A stretch of DNA of 64,000 nucleotides from NCBI GenBank assembly GCA_963780185.1, contig CAWABA010000006.1, forward strand, positions 608,001 through 672,000, read 5' to 3'. Positions 33,815 through 43,288 of this stretch are shown here, one piece after another. The notes beneath the pieces are model-generated. The model saw only the letters and a list, made by a program, of their open reading frames with translations. It searched no databases and was not told the DNA's origin. The stretch's first letter is position 1. Every line of letters starts with the position of its first letter. The translations under genes and the position numbers were made by a program. This stretch comes from Candidatus Bathyarchaeota archaeon. GTDB taxonomy: Archaea; Thermoproteota; Bathyarchaeia; Bathyarchaeales; Bathycorpusculaceae.

Positions 33815-35215
33815 ATGCAAGAGTCTGTGGATGGCAAGTATAAGCTTAGGGCGCTTCGAATTGCAGCGGTCGCGATTTTCAGCGTCGTTATTGTTGAAGT
33901 TTCTTTAGGCATTTTCGTTAACAGTTTGGCCATTCTCAGCGACGGCTTACATGCACTCCTCGATGCCGTATCAACCATAATGTTGTTTTTCGCCGTCCGC
34001 GCCTCCATTAAGCCGCCCGATGAAGAACACACCTACGGACATGAAAAATTCGAAACCATAGGAGGACTCATCGGCGGAGTCACCTTAATCGCCGTTGCTC
34101 TCTTAATCTTCTATGAAGCAGCCATGCGGCTTATGTCGAATACTCATATTCATCAGGATGTCGCGTTAGCTGGTTTCGTAGCAGTAGGCTACGCCATCTT
34201 TATCGCCGCACTAAGAGTTACGGTGTTCAGAAAAAGCCAACACATCGAAAGCCCCTCCATGCGGGTTGGTTTTTACGATGCAATCTCAGACCTCAGCTCA
34301 ACACTGCTGGCTTTGGTAGGTTTCAGCTTAGCTACATTAGGCTTCTTTTACGGGGACGCCATAGCATCAATTTTCCTCGGGGCATTGCTTAGTTATTTAA
34401 GCTTTAAACTTGTACGAGTCAGCGTGATGGAACTCAGCGATACCGCATCAAAAGAGCTTGTTCAAAAAACAAGAAGAATCATCGTCCAACATGACGGTGT
34501 CGTCAAAGCCTTAAATCTGAAAGTTCGCAAGGTAAGCTCTAAAGTTTTCATTGACGCAGCCATTCAGGTTCAAAGTCACATGCCGCTGGAAGAAGCTCAT
34601 ACTTTAGCATCTAAAATCGAAGCGGATTTGAAGCAGGCACTAGGCAACGTAGACGCCACAATCCATGTTGAACCATCCGAAAAAGAAAGCACACTGGATC
34701 AAATGGTGAAAAAGCTGGCAACAGTGGATGGCGTAAAAGAGGTACATGAAATATCCACGGTTTACACAGGCGGCAAATTCTACATCACCCTGCATGCTTA
34801 TGTTAACCCTGAACTCTCAGTTGAAGAAGCGCATAAAATAGCGGAAACAATTGAGAAGAGGCTTCAGGCGGAAATTAAGCCACTAGAAAACGTAACGGTG
34901 CATGTTGAGCCTTCAGGCATAGCTGTTCCCGCCACCGAAGTTGACGAATCCCAGCTTAGAAACGCCGTTTACGAAGTAGCTAAAGCCATCGCGGAGAACC
35001 TGCGCGTAAAACGCATTGTAACCTACGCCGCCGACGGCAAACGCTACATCAACATTGACTGCTGCTTCACCAAGCAAATCCAAGTAAAAGAAGCCCACAG
35101 AATCGCATCAGAAATTGAAAAAGAAACCAAGGAACGTTTTGCAGGCGCCGTCGTTACCGTTCACATGGAGCCAGAATGCGTCACTGAACAGCTAGGGAAA
35201 TATCTGCCGAAATAG
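33815..35215 (+). CDS. cation diffusion facilitator with three tandem C-terminal dimerisation domains
   Basis: SDGLH..D, PPDEEHTYGHEKFE; three EAH.IA..IE...HVEP repeats. Confidence 0.9.
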   Translation: MQESVDGKYKLRALRIAAVAIFSVVIVEVSLGIFVNSLAILSDGLHALLDAVSTIMLFFAVRASIKPPDEEHTYGHEKFETIGGLIGGVTLIAVALLIFYEAAMRLMSNTHIHQDVALAGFVAVGYAIFIAALRVTVFRKSQHIESPSMRVGFYDAISDLSSTLLALVGFSLATLGFFYGDAIASIFLGALLSYLSFKLVRVSVMELSDTASKELVQKTRRIIVQHDGVVKALNLKVRKVSSKVFIDAAIQVQSHMPLEEAHTLASKIEADLKQALGNVDATIHVEPSEKESTLDQMVKKLATVDGVKEVHEISTVYTGGKFYITLHAYVNPELSVEEAHKIAETIEKRLQAEIKPLENVTVHVEPSGIAVPATEVDESQLRNAVYEVAKAIAENLRVKRIVTYAADGKRYINIDCCFTKQIQVKEAHRIASEIEKETKERFAGAVVTVHMEPECVTEQLGKYLPK

Positions 35216-35388
35216 AGAACGCGAAGAAAAAAGAAAAGAAAAGCCACTTTTTGTTTTTTCTAGTCGACTGGACTGAAAAGATTGACTTTACAGCAACAGC
35301 GGATGTTCCAGCTGGTTTTTCTTGAAAGCCAAAAAGGCTTTAACGTTGTACTATGCATAATAAAGCCTGTAAATGTGAGCGTGGTTTG

Positions 35389-37647
35389 ATGTTTTCCCGT
35401 TCAGCCTCGGTTAAATTGAAAGCAATCCTCATAATTGACCTAATTATCATCAGCGGGGCTGCAGGAGCCTACTTTTACCTTTCAAATCAAGGCGTCATCG
35501 GAGGCGTCACCAAACCCGCAAAGCTCATCCTAACAAACCTAACCATAGACCCGCCTAACGCAACAGAGGGCGACGCGGTGCTAATAGCGGTTAACGTGAC
35601 AAACATAGGCGATTTAGCAGGCAACACCACCATAAACTTCAAAGTCAACAATGTAATAAAAAACACGCAGAACGTAACGCTTGAAGCTGCAGCCACCCAA
35701 GTCCTACAGTACAACGACATTGAAACAACTTACGGAAATTACAGCGTCGAAGTCGGCGACTTAACGGGATCATTCATAATTAACCCAGCGCCCCCGGGAA
35801 CCAGCAAAATAGTCCTATCCGACGTAAATTCTAACCCATACGAGGCTTGGCCAAACCAGCCTGTAAACGTAACGGCTGTCGCCCAGAATCCAACGTCTCA
35901 ACCCGACAAGCTTACGGTCAGAGTCACAGTTGACGGCGTCTGGGTAGAAACCCAAGTTGTTGAGTTGAACGCAAGTTCAACCAGAACTGTAGAGTTCCCC
36001 GTCAACGCTTCCTCTGTATATGGAAGCCATACAGTAAAACTAAACACCTTAACTGGGTACTACACCGTCGTGAAAGAGGGGTATCATACGCTTGAGGTCA
36101 GCAGAAGCGGCGGCGGCACCATACCGTTAAACTTCCAACTAAACGGGGTCAGCCACAATACACCCTTTATTCAGCTTCTTCCAGAGGGACAATACACTCT
36201 GCAGGTGCCTAACCCTGTTACCCTTGCGACGGGCGTGGTGGGCTTCTCAACTTGGCAAGACGGCCTCACCAGCACAACCAGAACCTTCGATCTAAACCAA
36301 CAAACATTCATGATAGCAACTTACGTCATCATCAGCGGCTACGCATCCTGCCCCTCCCTGTTCACGTGGAACGGCACAGGTTACTCGTACGTCACTGACG
36401 TTTCAAATTCAGGGTGGCTCGGCTACATGGGCACCATGTCAAGCAACGGCGCCATAACGTACAGCGGCGGGACGCCTTGGGACTACGTGAAGCTGAACCC
36501 GAACCTGTTAACCCTCAAAAACGTCGGGGGAAACAACTACTACGACATGACTCTTGCCCAGCAATGGGACGAACTTTTCTACTTAGACACCGCCTACATG
36601 GTGGTTGTTGACCATCCAATCGGAACGGACGTTTACTCGACAATGAGCAACTACGTCAACCAAGCCTTCAACGGACAAATCTACACAGTAAACCCAAGCA
36701 ACCTGATAACGCCAGTCAGCGCAACCTACGTTTGGGGACCAGCAGGAACCACCGCAAAAGGGCAAAATGTGCTATCTCAAATTTCTAAGATAGACGGAAC
36801 CTTTACACCGGGCACCAGTGGGGACCTTAGCCCATCATGGAACAAAACCTACCTCAACCAGCTAACATTGGACTTAGGGAACTTATCTGGGGCGAAAAAC
36901 ATCAAACTTGTCGTTAACGGCATCGTGGACTGGGGAGCTTACCAAGACTACAACAATTGGGTAGCCCAGTTCAAGGGCGCCGCTTCAAGCGGGTACTTGA
37001 CGAATGGCACACAGATCTATCCTGGTCCCTTCATGGAAGTTAAGGATGCAAACGGCAACTGGGTAAGGGTAGCGGCGGACAAGCAGATTCCGATGCCGTC
37101 TGACGGGAACGCAAGAACCTTCGTGGTTGATTTGACAGGCGATTTCCCCAAGGGCGTAACTGACTACCAACTCCGAATCAACAACTTCTTCAACGTGACA
37201 TACGACTACGTTGCAGTAGACACCTCCAGCCAGCAGAACACAAAGGTCCAAACAATCTTGCCAATCGCCAATCTTGACGCTTGGGGACCTACTCAGTCAA
37301 CGTCTTCTGGAAACTTCACACGGTACGGCGACGTTTCGGCGCTGCTTTCCAGCGCAGACAACATGTACGTGATTGGGAGACAAGGCGACGAAGTTACTCT
37401 CCAGTTCCCAGTCGGCAGCCTCTCAAAGCTTGCGCCAGGCATGGAAAGAGACTACTTCCTCTTTGTAGCATGCTGGTTCAAGGATCAGCCTGGAAAATGG
37501 GGCTACGGATTCGACTTCACCGTCAACACACTGCCCTACATCGGCATGCCAGGCTACCCGTACACGGCAACGCAAACCTACCCCTACGACGCAGCACACC
37601 TAGCATACCTCAAAACCTACAACACACGCACCATACCGCCCCCATAA
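35389..37647 (+). CDS. membrane-anchored CARDB-repeat protein with large C-terminal SCP-motif domain
   Basis: N-terminal TM; two CARDB-like Ig domains; SCPSLFTWNG...FTRYGDV...GDE...WFKD. Confidence 0.75.
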   Translation: MFSRSASVKLKAILIIDLIIISGAAGAYFYLSNQGVIGGVTKPAKLILTNLTIDPPNATEGDAVLIAVNVTNIGDLAGNTTINFKVNNVIKNTQNVTLEAAATQVLQYNDIETTYGNYSVEVGDLTGSFIINPAPPGTSKIVLSDVNSNPYEAWPNQPVNVTAVAQNPTSQPDKLTVRVTVDGVWVETQVVELNASSTRTVEFPVNASSVYGSHTVKLNTLTGYYTVVKEGYHTLEVSRSGGGTIPLNFQLNGVSHNTPFIQLLPEGQYTLQVPNPVTLATGVVGFSTWQDGLTSTTRTFDLNQQTFMIATYVIISGYASCPSLFTWNGTGYSYVTDVSNSGWLGYMGTMSSNGAITYSGGTPWDYVKLNPNLLTLKNVGGNNYYDMTLAQQWDELFYLDTAYMVVVDHPIGTDVYSTMSNYVNQAFNGQIYTVNPSNLITPVSATYVWGPAGTTAKGQNVLSQISKIDGTFTPGTSGDLSPSWNKTYLNQLTLDLGNLSGAKNIKLVVNGIVDWGAYQDYNNWVAQFKGAASSGYLTNGTQIYPGPFMEVKDANGNWVRVAADKQIPMPSDGNARTFVVDLTGDFPKGVTDYQLRINNFFNVTYDYVAVDTSSQQNTKVQTILPIANLDAWGPTQSTSSGNFTRYGDVSALLSSADNMYVIGRQGDEVTLQFPVGSLSKLAPGMERDYFLFVACWFKDQPGKWGYGFDFTVNTLPYIGMPGYPYTATQTYPYDAAHLAYLKTYNTRTIPPP

Positions 37648-37899
37648 TTCACCTTTTTTGCTCATCATGGAATCGGGTAGTTGGGCGGCGAAAACTGTGC
37701 AAGATTTAAATGGTGCACTCCCGTATTTTCAGTAATTAAATCTTCAACGAGACCATGCACATGCCGTTAAAAACTGAAAACTCAAATCCGTGCCGTGGGG
37801 AACCTACCCGTTTGATAGGGGTTAGTTGTGCGTGCCGTTTCTTTTTCCCTGTCTGAAGCAGCAGACGTCTCATCACAGTAACTGAAAGGCGAGAAAACG

Positions 37900-38883
37900 A
37901 TGACTTGGGAGATAGTAGGGGACGCACTAAGACTAATAGTGCTTGGAGGGCTTGGGGCAGCAGGGATACTTACAGTTCTGCTTTGGAAAAAGAACCTAGC
38001 CACCAAAGTAACTTACCTGCGTTTTGTGGTTCAAGCAGTCGCCTTCGCCACGCTGTTCTACTTGTTCTCGCTGAAGCTTCCGAACCTGTACTTCTTCATC
38101 GTCATCTTCGCCATGACCCTTTTCATAGGTCGCTTCTACTGCGGATGGCTCTGCCCCTTCGGCCTCATAATGGATCTTGAAGTTATGGCCCGAAAAGCAT
38201 TGCGGGTACGTTACCGAATCGTTCCCGACCGACTCAACAAGGCTCTGCACAAAGCAAGATACGTCATACTTGTCGTTTTCCTCGCTCTGCCCATCCTTGC
38301 ATGGTATTTGGCGCCCCCGCAGAACCTGGATTTCGCGGCGGCTATGGCTCGTCTTCTAACAGGGCCGTTTCGACCATACACAGCCACAATAGACCCATTG
38401 GTTCCCTTCATCGTTCCGTGGTCAACCAGCGCAGTAAACGTGTTCCATGTCAATTTCACTTACCCTTACGTCTTAGACATCATCTTCTGGGCGGGAAACA
38501 ACGTCGGGGAAGCCTTAGCCATCGCGTTCGTCGCCTTGACCTTGGTCTCGTCGTTTACTTTTAGGCGGTTCTGGTGTCGCTTCTGCCCCACAGGCGCGTC
38601 GTTAGCCGTCGTCAATAGGTTTAAGGGTTTCAAATGGGCACCTTTACTGCATATTGAAAAAGACGAGGAAAAATGCACTAAATGCGGCGTCTGCAAGCGG
38701 GTTTGCCAGGTGCAGGTAAATGAGGTGTATGAGCAGAAAGGCGGGAAAATCGCCACTTCAATGTGCATGCTTTGCCTGCGGTGCGCCGAAATGTGCCCCT
38801 ACGCCGAAGCACTCAAAGTAAAGTTCGGAAACAAAACAGTGTTCAAATCAAGAAACTGGCTTGAACCATCAAGCGCTGAGTGA
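37900..38883 (+). CDS. NapH/MauN-like membrane polyferredoxin
   Basis: GRFYCGWLCPFG, RFWCRFCPTG, two CxxCxxCxxxC motifs. Confidence 0.9.
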   Translation: MTWEIVGDALRLIVLGGLGAAGILTVLLWKKNLATKVTYLRFVVQAVAFATLFYLFSLKLPNLYFFIVIFAMTLFIGRFYCGWLCPFGLIMDLEVMARKALRVRYRIVPDRLNKALHKARYVILVVFLALPILAWYLAPPQNLDFAAAMARLLTGPFRPYTATIDPLVPFIVPWSTSAVNVFHVNFTYPYVLDIIFWAGNNVGEALAIAFVALTLVSSFTFRRFWCRFCPTGASLAVVNRFKGFKWAPLLHIEKDEEKCTKCGVCKRVCQVQVNEVYEQKGGKIATSMCMLCLRCAEMCPYAEALKVKFGNKTVFKSRNWLEPSSAE

Positions 38884-38890
38884 AGAAACG

Positions 38891-40222
38891 ATGAAAAACG
38901 AGAAAATAGAAAAGAAATACACGCCTGAAATCCCAGCGAAAGAAATCGAGGAACTTAAAGCAACCATCCAAACTTCTTCCGAGAAGATTATGGCTGAAAA
39001 CATCCAACGCATGAAGAAGGCTGACCCGAACAGACCAGAAGCCATGAAGTACTTCGACGAAATCTCAAACCTGTTTGGGCAACGCCAAAAGGAGCTTGCG
39101 GCTGAGAAGGGGAAGGGCAAAAAAATCATCGGTTACATGTGCCTCTTCGCGCCGACTGAACTTATCCTGGCGGCAGACGCAATCCCCGTGCGCGTCAACA
39201 GCGGCTGGTACGACACATCCAAAATCGGCGACCGCGTCGTCCCCGTCGAAGTCTGCCCAGTAATCCGCTCAACCATAGGCGCAAAAATGATCGGGCTCTC
39301 GCCGTTTCTGGAGCAAAGCGACGCCTTAATCAGCGTTTTGACCTGCGACGGCATGACTAAGCTGGGCGAAATCCTCAGCGACTTCAAACCCGTCTGGGAA
39401 ATGAACATTCCCCGAGTCAAAGACGCCGCGCATAGCCTGCGGTTTTGGGATGACGAAATCGTTAACATGAAAAAACAGCTTGAAGCCTTCACAGGCAACA
39501 AAATCACCCGCAAAAGCCTCAAAGCAGCCATCGAGCAAACGCAAGCTGCCACACGGGTTTTCCGTCGATTGCAAGATTTGCGCAAAGGCAACCCCGTGAT
39601 TATGGGCAGAGACGCCATGCTTGTCAACCAAGCCTACATGTGGGACGACAAGGAACGATGGACACAGAAAGCCACGGCGCTATGCGATGAGTTGGAGGCG
39701 CGTGCTGCGCGGAAGGATTGGGTTTGTCCGCCTGATACTCCTCGGGTTTTGGTGACGGGTACGCCGATGTTTTGGCCTGACAGCTGGAAAGTGCCGAATC
39801 TGGTGGAGGAATCGGACCCGAAAGGCATCATAGTCGCTGACGAGCTATGCTCAGGCGAACGCATCCTAAACGACCCTGTCGGCGTCGACGAATGGACCAT
39901 GGACGACATGTTAAACGCCATCGGAGAACGCTACCTCATGGCTTCCACCTGCCCCTGCTTCACGTCCAGCGACGGCAACGAAGACCGAATCAACTGGCTC
40001 CTAAACAAAGTCAAAGAATCCAAAGTCCAAGGCGTCATTTACTACGTAACCCGCGGCTGCATGCTCTACGCCATGGAGTATACCCGAATCAAAAAGGCGC
40101 TGGACAAAATCAACGTCCCCACATACTACCTTGACACCGAATACACCCGCGAAGACGTCGGGCAAATGAAAACCCGCGTAGAAGCCTTCCTTGAAATGCT
40201 TACCGCCCGAGTAGACCTGTAA
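38891..40222 (+). CDS. 2-hydroxyacyl-CoA dehydratase-family protein, double-cubane (DCCP)-type
   Basis: YMC, VCP, TCDG, LCSG, CPC, GC (seven motif Cys); DVGQMKTRVEAFLE. Confidence 0.8.
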   Translation: MKNEKIEKKYTPEIPAKEIEELKATIQTSSEKIMAENIQRMKKADPNRPEAMKYFDEISNLFGQRQKELAAEKGKGKKIIGYMCLFAPTELILAADAIPVRVNSGWYDTSKIGDRVVPVEVCPVIRSTIGAKMIGLSPFLEQSDALISVLTCDGMTKLGEILSDFKPVWEMNIPRVKDAAHSLRFWDDEIVNMKKQLEAFTGNKITRKSLKAAIEQTQAATRVFRRLQDLRKGNPVIMGRDAMLVNQAYMWDDKERWTQKATALCDELEARAARKDWVCPPDTPRVLVTGTPMFWPDSWKVPNLVEESDPKGIIVADELCSGERILNDPVGVDEWTMDDMLNAIGERYLMASTCPCFTSSDGNEDRINWLLNKVKESKVQGVIYYVTRGCMLYAMEYTRIKKALDKINVPTYYLDTEYTREDVGQMKTRVEAFLEMLTARVDL

Positions 40223-40233
40223 GGAGCAAGCCG

Positions 40234-41019
40234 ATGATAACTCTGGGAATGGACTTAGGCACTCAGCGCGTAAAAGCAGTTATCCTGAAAGACGGCGCCG
40301 TTGTTGCAAGGAGGCAGGCTTTTTCTGGCTTTGACGCGTCGGCAGCGGCGCAAGAGGCAGTTGCGGAGGCTTTGAAAGACGCGAACCTTCAACGCAAAGA
40401 CATCGCCTACGCGGTTGCCACGGGTTCATCGATGGAGAACGCTCCTCAAGTGGACGGTACCGTGAGCATGATGGGTGCAGACGCCAAGGCAGGTGTGTAT
40501 CTTTTTCCGAAAGCCCGCACGATAATTGACATAGGCGCCGAAGAAGCCCGAGCGGTGAAGTGCGACGACAAAGCCGTGATGGTTGACTTCGTCGTTAACG
40601 AACGCTGCGCGGCAGGGGCGGGTGCATTCATTGAGGCGATGGCACGGGCGCTGGAAGTCAAACTTGAAGACATGGGTCCCCTCTCGCTTAAGGCGGAACG
40701 CGCCAGCCCCATAAACGCCTCCTGCGTCATCTTCGGCGAATCCGACGTCGTCTCACTCATCCACCGCCAAGAATCCAAACCCGAAATCGCCCGCGCCGTC
40801 TTCGACGCCATGGCAGACCGCATCAGCTCAATGGTCCACCGACTAGGCGTAAACCCCGACGTCGTGCTCATCGGCGGCGTAGCTAAAGATGTAGGCTTCA
40901 TTGCAGCGCTGAAAAGAAAGCTGGGCGTAGAAATTCTTATTCCCGAGTTTCCCGATTACGCGGGCGCCTTGGGAGCGGCTTTAACAGCGGCAAATAAAGC
41001 GAGGGAGGCACAGAAATGA
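40234..41019 (+). CDS. ASKHA electron-activating ATPase subunit, BzdP-like
   Basis: GMDLG, DIGAEE, NERCAAGAG, SCVIFGESDV. Confidence 0.85.
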   Translation: MITLGMDLGTQRVKAVILKDGAVVARRQAFSGFDASAAAQEAVAEALKDANLQRKDIAYAVATGSSMENAPQVDGTVSMMGADAKAGVYLFPKARTIIDIGAEEARAVKCDDKAVMVDFVVNERCAAGAGAFIEAMARALEVKLEDMGPLSLKAERASPINASCVIFGESDVVSLIHRQESKPEIARAVFDAMADRISSMVHRLGVNPDVVLIGGVAKDVGFIAALKRKLGVEILIPEFPDYAGALGAALTAANKAREAQK

Positions 41020-41927
41020 AGGAGCCAAGCAGCGTGAAAGAGGAATTGGAGTTTTGGCGTTGGCGGGAATACAACCGCATCGTCGAAGGCATGGAGTGGA
41101 AAAGCAAAGACACAATCACCGCAGGCGTAGACGTCGGCTCCGTCGGCTCCAAAGCAGCCATCATGGTCAACGGCAAAGCCTACTCATGGGGCATCACGCG
41201 CACGGGCTCCAACAGCCCCGAATCCGCAACCAAAGCTTTAGGTTTGGCTCTGCTGGGCACGGGTCTCAAGCACAGTGACCTCAAATACATCGTCGGCACC
41301 GGGTACGGACGCGTCAACGTTCCCATGGCGAACAAAGCCATCACCGAAATCGCCTGCCACGCAAAAGGCGCCAACTTCATCTGGGGACCCACCGTGCGAA
41401 CCGTGCTCGACGTAGGTGGACAGGACATTAAAGCCATCCGCAGCGACGAAACAGGGCGGGTGGTTTCGTTTTTGATGAACGACAAATGCGCCGCAGGAAC
41501 AGGCCGAGGCATGGAAGTCTTCGCCGACCTCATGAAAATCCCCATCGAAGAAATCGGCGCCATCTCACTCCAAGTAGCCGAAGAACCCCCACCAGTAAGC
41601 TGCACCTGCGTCGCCTTCGCAAAAACCGAAGCCATCGGGCTCCTACGCAAAGGCTGGACAAAAGAAAAAGTCTTAGCCGCCTACACACGGGCAATGGCGG
41701 TGCGCATGGCGAATTTAATCAACAGGGTAGGCTTAGAGAGAGAACTCGTCATTACAGGGGGGCAGTCCAAAAACATCGGAATCGTCAGCCGCATCGAAGT
41801 CATCCTCGGCGTCAAATGCCTACCCATGCCCAACTGGCGAGAAGGTGCATTAGACCCCATGGTTGCAGGCGCTTTCGGCGCGGCACTTTTCGGCAAAGCC
41901 CTCTACGAGAAAGCACAGAAAAATTAG
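41016..41927 (+). CDS. ASKHA electron-activating ATPase subunit, BzdQ-like
   Basis: N-terminal FWRW..W, AGVDVGSV, GTGYGR, TEIACH, DVGGQD, MNDKCAAGTG. Confidence 0.85.
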   Translation: MKEPSSVKEELEFWRWREYNRIVEGMEWKSKDTITAGVDVGSVGSKAAIMVNGKAYSWGITRTGSNSPESATKALGLALLGTGLKHSDLKYIVGTGYGRVNVPMANKAITEIACHAKGANFIWGPTVRTVLDVGGQDIKAIRSDETGRVVSFLMNDKCAAGTGRGMEVFADLMKIPIEEIGAISLQVAEEPPPVSCTCVAFAKTEAIGLLRKGWTKEKVLAAYTRAMAVRMANLINRVGLERELVITGGQSKNIGIVSRIEVILGVKCLPMPNWREGALDPMVAGAFGAALFGKALYEKAQKN

Positions 41928-41934
41928 GAGGCAA

Positions 41935-42228
41935 ACGGGAATAATCACGCATTACGGCTACAGCGACGGGTCAGGCGAATATTACGTAACCATCGACACC
42001 GACAAATGCAGCGGCTGCGGCAAATGCGTTAAGGCGTGCCCGATGGGGGCGCTTCAGTTGGAAGCCATGTTCATAGACCTCGAAGACAAAACAGTCGTTT
42101 CAGTCACCGAGGAGCAACGAAAAAAAATCAAATACACCTGCGGCACATGCAAACCCGAAACCAACCAAACCCCATGTGTGCTGGCTTGCGACGGCAAAGC
42201 AATCCGTTGCACATGGAAACCCCAATAA
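41935..42228 (+). CDS. ferredoxin (resembles those of bzd clusters); non-canonical start
   Basis: HYGYSDGSGEYYVTIDTDKCSGCGKCVKACP...CGTC..PCVLAC; AGGAGG upstream. Confidence 0.8.
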   Translation, partial: TGIITHYGYSDGSGEYYVTIDTDKCSGCGKCVKACPMGALQLEAMFIDLEDKTVVSVTEEQRKKIKYTCGTCKPETNQTPCVLACDGKAIRCTWKPQ

Positions 42229-42271
42229 ATTTCCCTGATTTACAAGGATGTTTAAGGGCAATCAAATCAAT

Positions 42272-42673
42272 TTAAATTAATTCGAGCATTTTTTGAACGG
42301 TGACTATCTTGATTCCTCTGAAATCGTGCAGCGCCAAAAGATGGCTATCTCCACTTACAATCATGTCGGCGTTCGCGTCATAAGCGGTTTCAATAATCAT
42401 ATCGTCTTTAGGATCTGCTTTAACTGCCTCGAGCTTTGACGTTACTCTTACAAATTCGGAAGACCCTTTCAGCGTGAGTATAATCATGTTGATTTCTTCT
42501 TTGCCTATCTTGAATTCTGATCGACTCAGCACGCTTTCAAGTTCTTGCAAAATTAAGTCAGAGATAATGATAGAAAATCGGTTCGCCATTCCTCTTCGTA
42601 AAAGCTCTCTTGATCTACCGTTAGAAATTGTGGCGCTCACTAGAACGTTAGTGTCAAGAACAACCCTGAGCAT
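42272..42673 (-). CDS. PIN-domain toxin (VapC-like)
   Basis: VVLDTNVLVS, DPKDD, IVSGDSHLL. Confidence 0.9.
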   Translation of the reverse strand: MLRVVLDTNVLVSATISNGRSRELLRRGMANRFSIIISDLILQELESVLSRSEFKIGKEEINMIILTLKGSSEFVRVTSKLEAVKADPKDDMIIETAYDANADMIVSGDSHLLALHDFRGIKIVTVQKMLELI

Positions 42674-42686
42674 TTGATCATCCTAA

Positions 42687-42959
42687 TTATTTGCGGTAAT
42701 GCTCTTTCCTAACTTCTGACACTATTTCCTGGATTTCTTCCTCTGAAATGTTCAGATGTTTTTTGTCCATCATTTCAAAGATTTTTTCCCACTCTTTTTT
42801 CATGTCGGGCAGCTCCAGCTTTTTGAGAATGATGGTGTCGCCTTTGCCGTAGACGAGGAACTTGTTTTTCGGTTTTATTTTAAGCTCTTTTCGTATGGAC
42901 TGTGGGATGACTACTTGGCCTTTTTCGCTGATTGTTGTAACTTGTGGCTCTTCTGACAT
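42687..42959 (-). CDS. AbrB/MazE-family antitoxin
   Basis: TISEKGQVVIPQSIRKEL. Confidence 0.9.
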   Translation of the reverse strand: MSEEPQVTTISEKGQVVIPQSIRKELKIKPKNKFLVYGKGDTIILKKLELPDMKKEWEKIFEMMDKKHLNISEEEIQEIVSEVRKEHYRK

Positions 42960-43024
42960 TTAGCATCAGTAAGAATAGTTTACTTTCACACTATTAATAA
43001 GTTGCGAAAAGAATCCGAGTTTTC

Positions 43025-43255
43025 ACTTTCAGTTACCTCTCCACTGTTTGGAAGTGTCTTTTCTGCAGTTGGCTTATTAGGGAAAGTAGCCAAATCTGCT
43101 CTTCTGCTATGTAAAACGAGGCGTTTAGTATGTTAAAAAGCATCAATTCAACATGCAAACTCACGCAGTCAACTTCTATGTTGAACCATGTTGAATCATA
43201 TTTGAAGCATATTAGAAGCATCTAGTTGACCGAGGGGTAGCTGTTGCATTCAAAC
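43025..43255 (+). repeat. 231-bp inverted repeat, copy A
   Basis: Reverse complement of 49188-49418; 125-bp identical core 43102-43226; no indels. Confidence 0.95.
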
Positions 43256-43288
43256 GCCAACGGGCGCGAGGGCGCTTTGAATCTTAAA

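Noticed and set aside
38891-41927. Canonical benzoyl-CoA reductase call
   Set aside because: Only one HAD-family subunit, with a DCCP-like Cys pattern, and no aromatic-degradation genes nearby
43033-43221. Duplicated 62-aa ORFs MLLICFKYD... (also 49222-49410)
   Set aside because: They are shadows of the non-coding inverted repeat; differences between copies are largely non-synonymous and preserve base pairing, not protein
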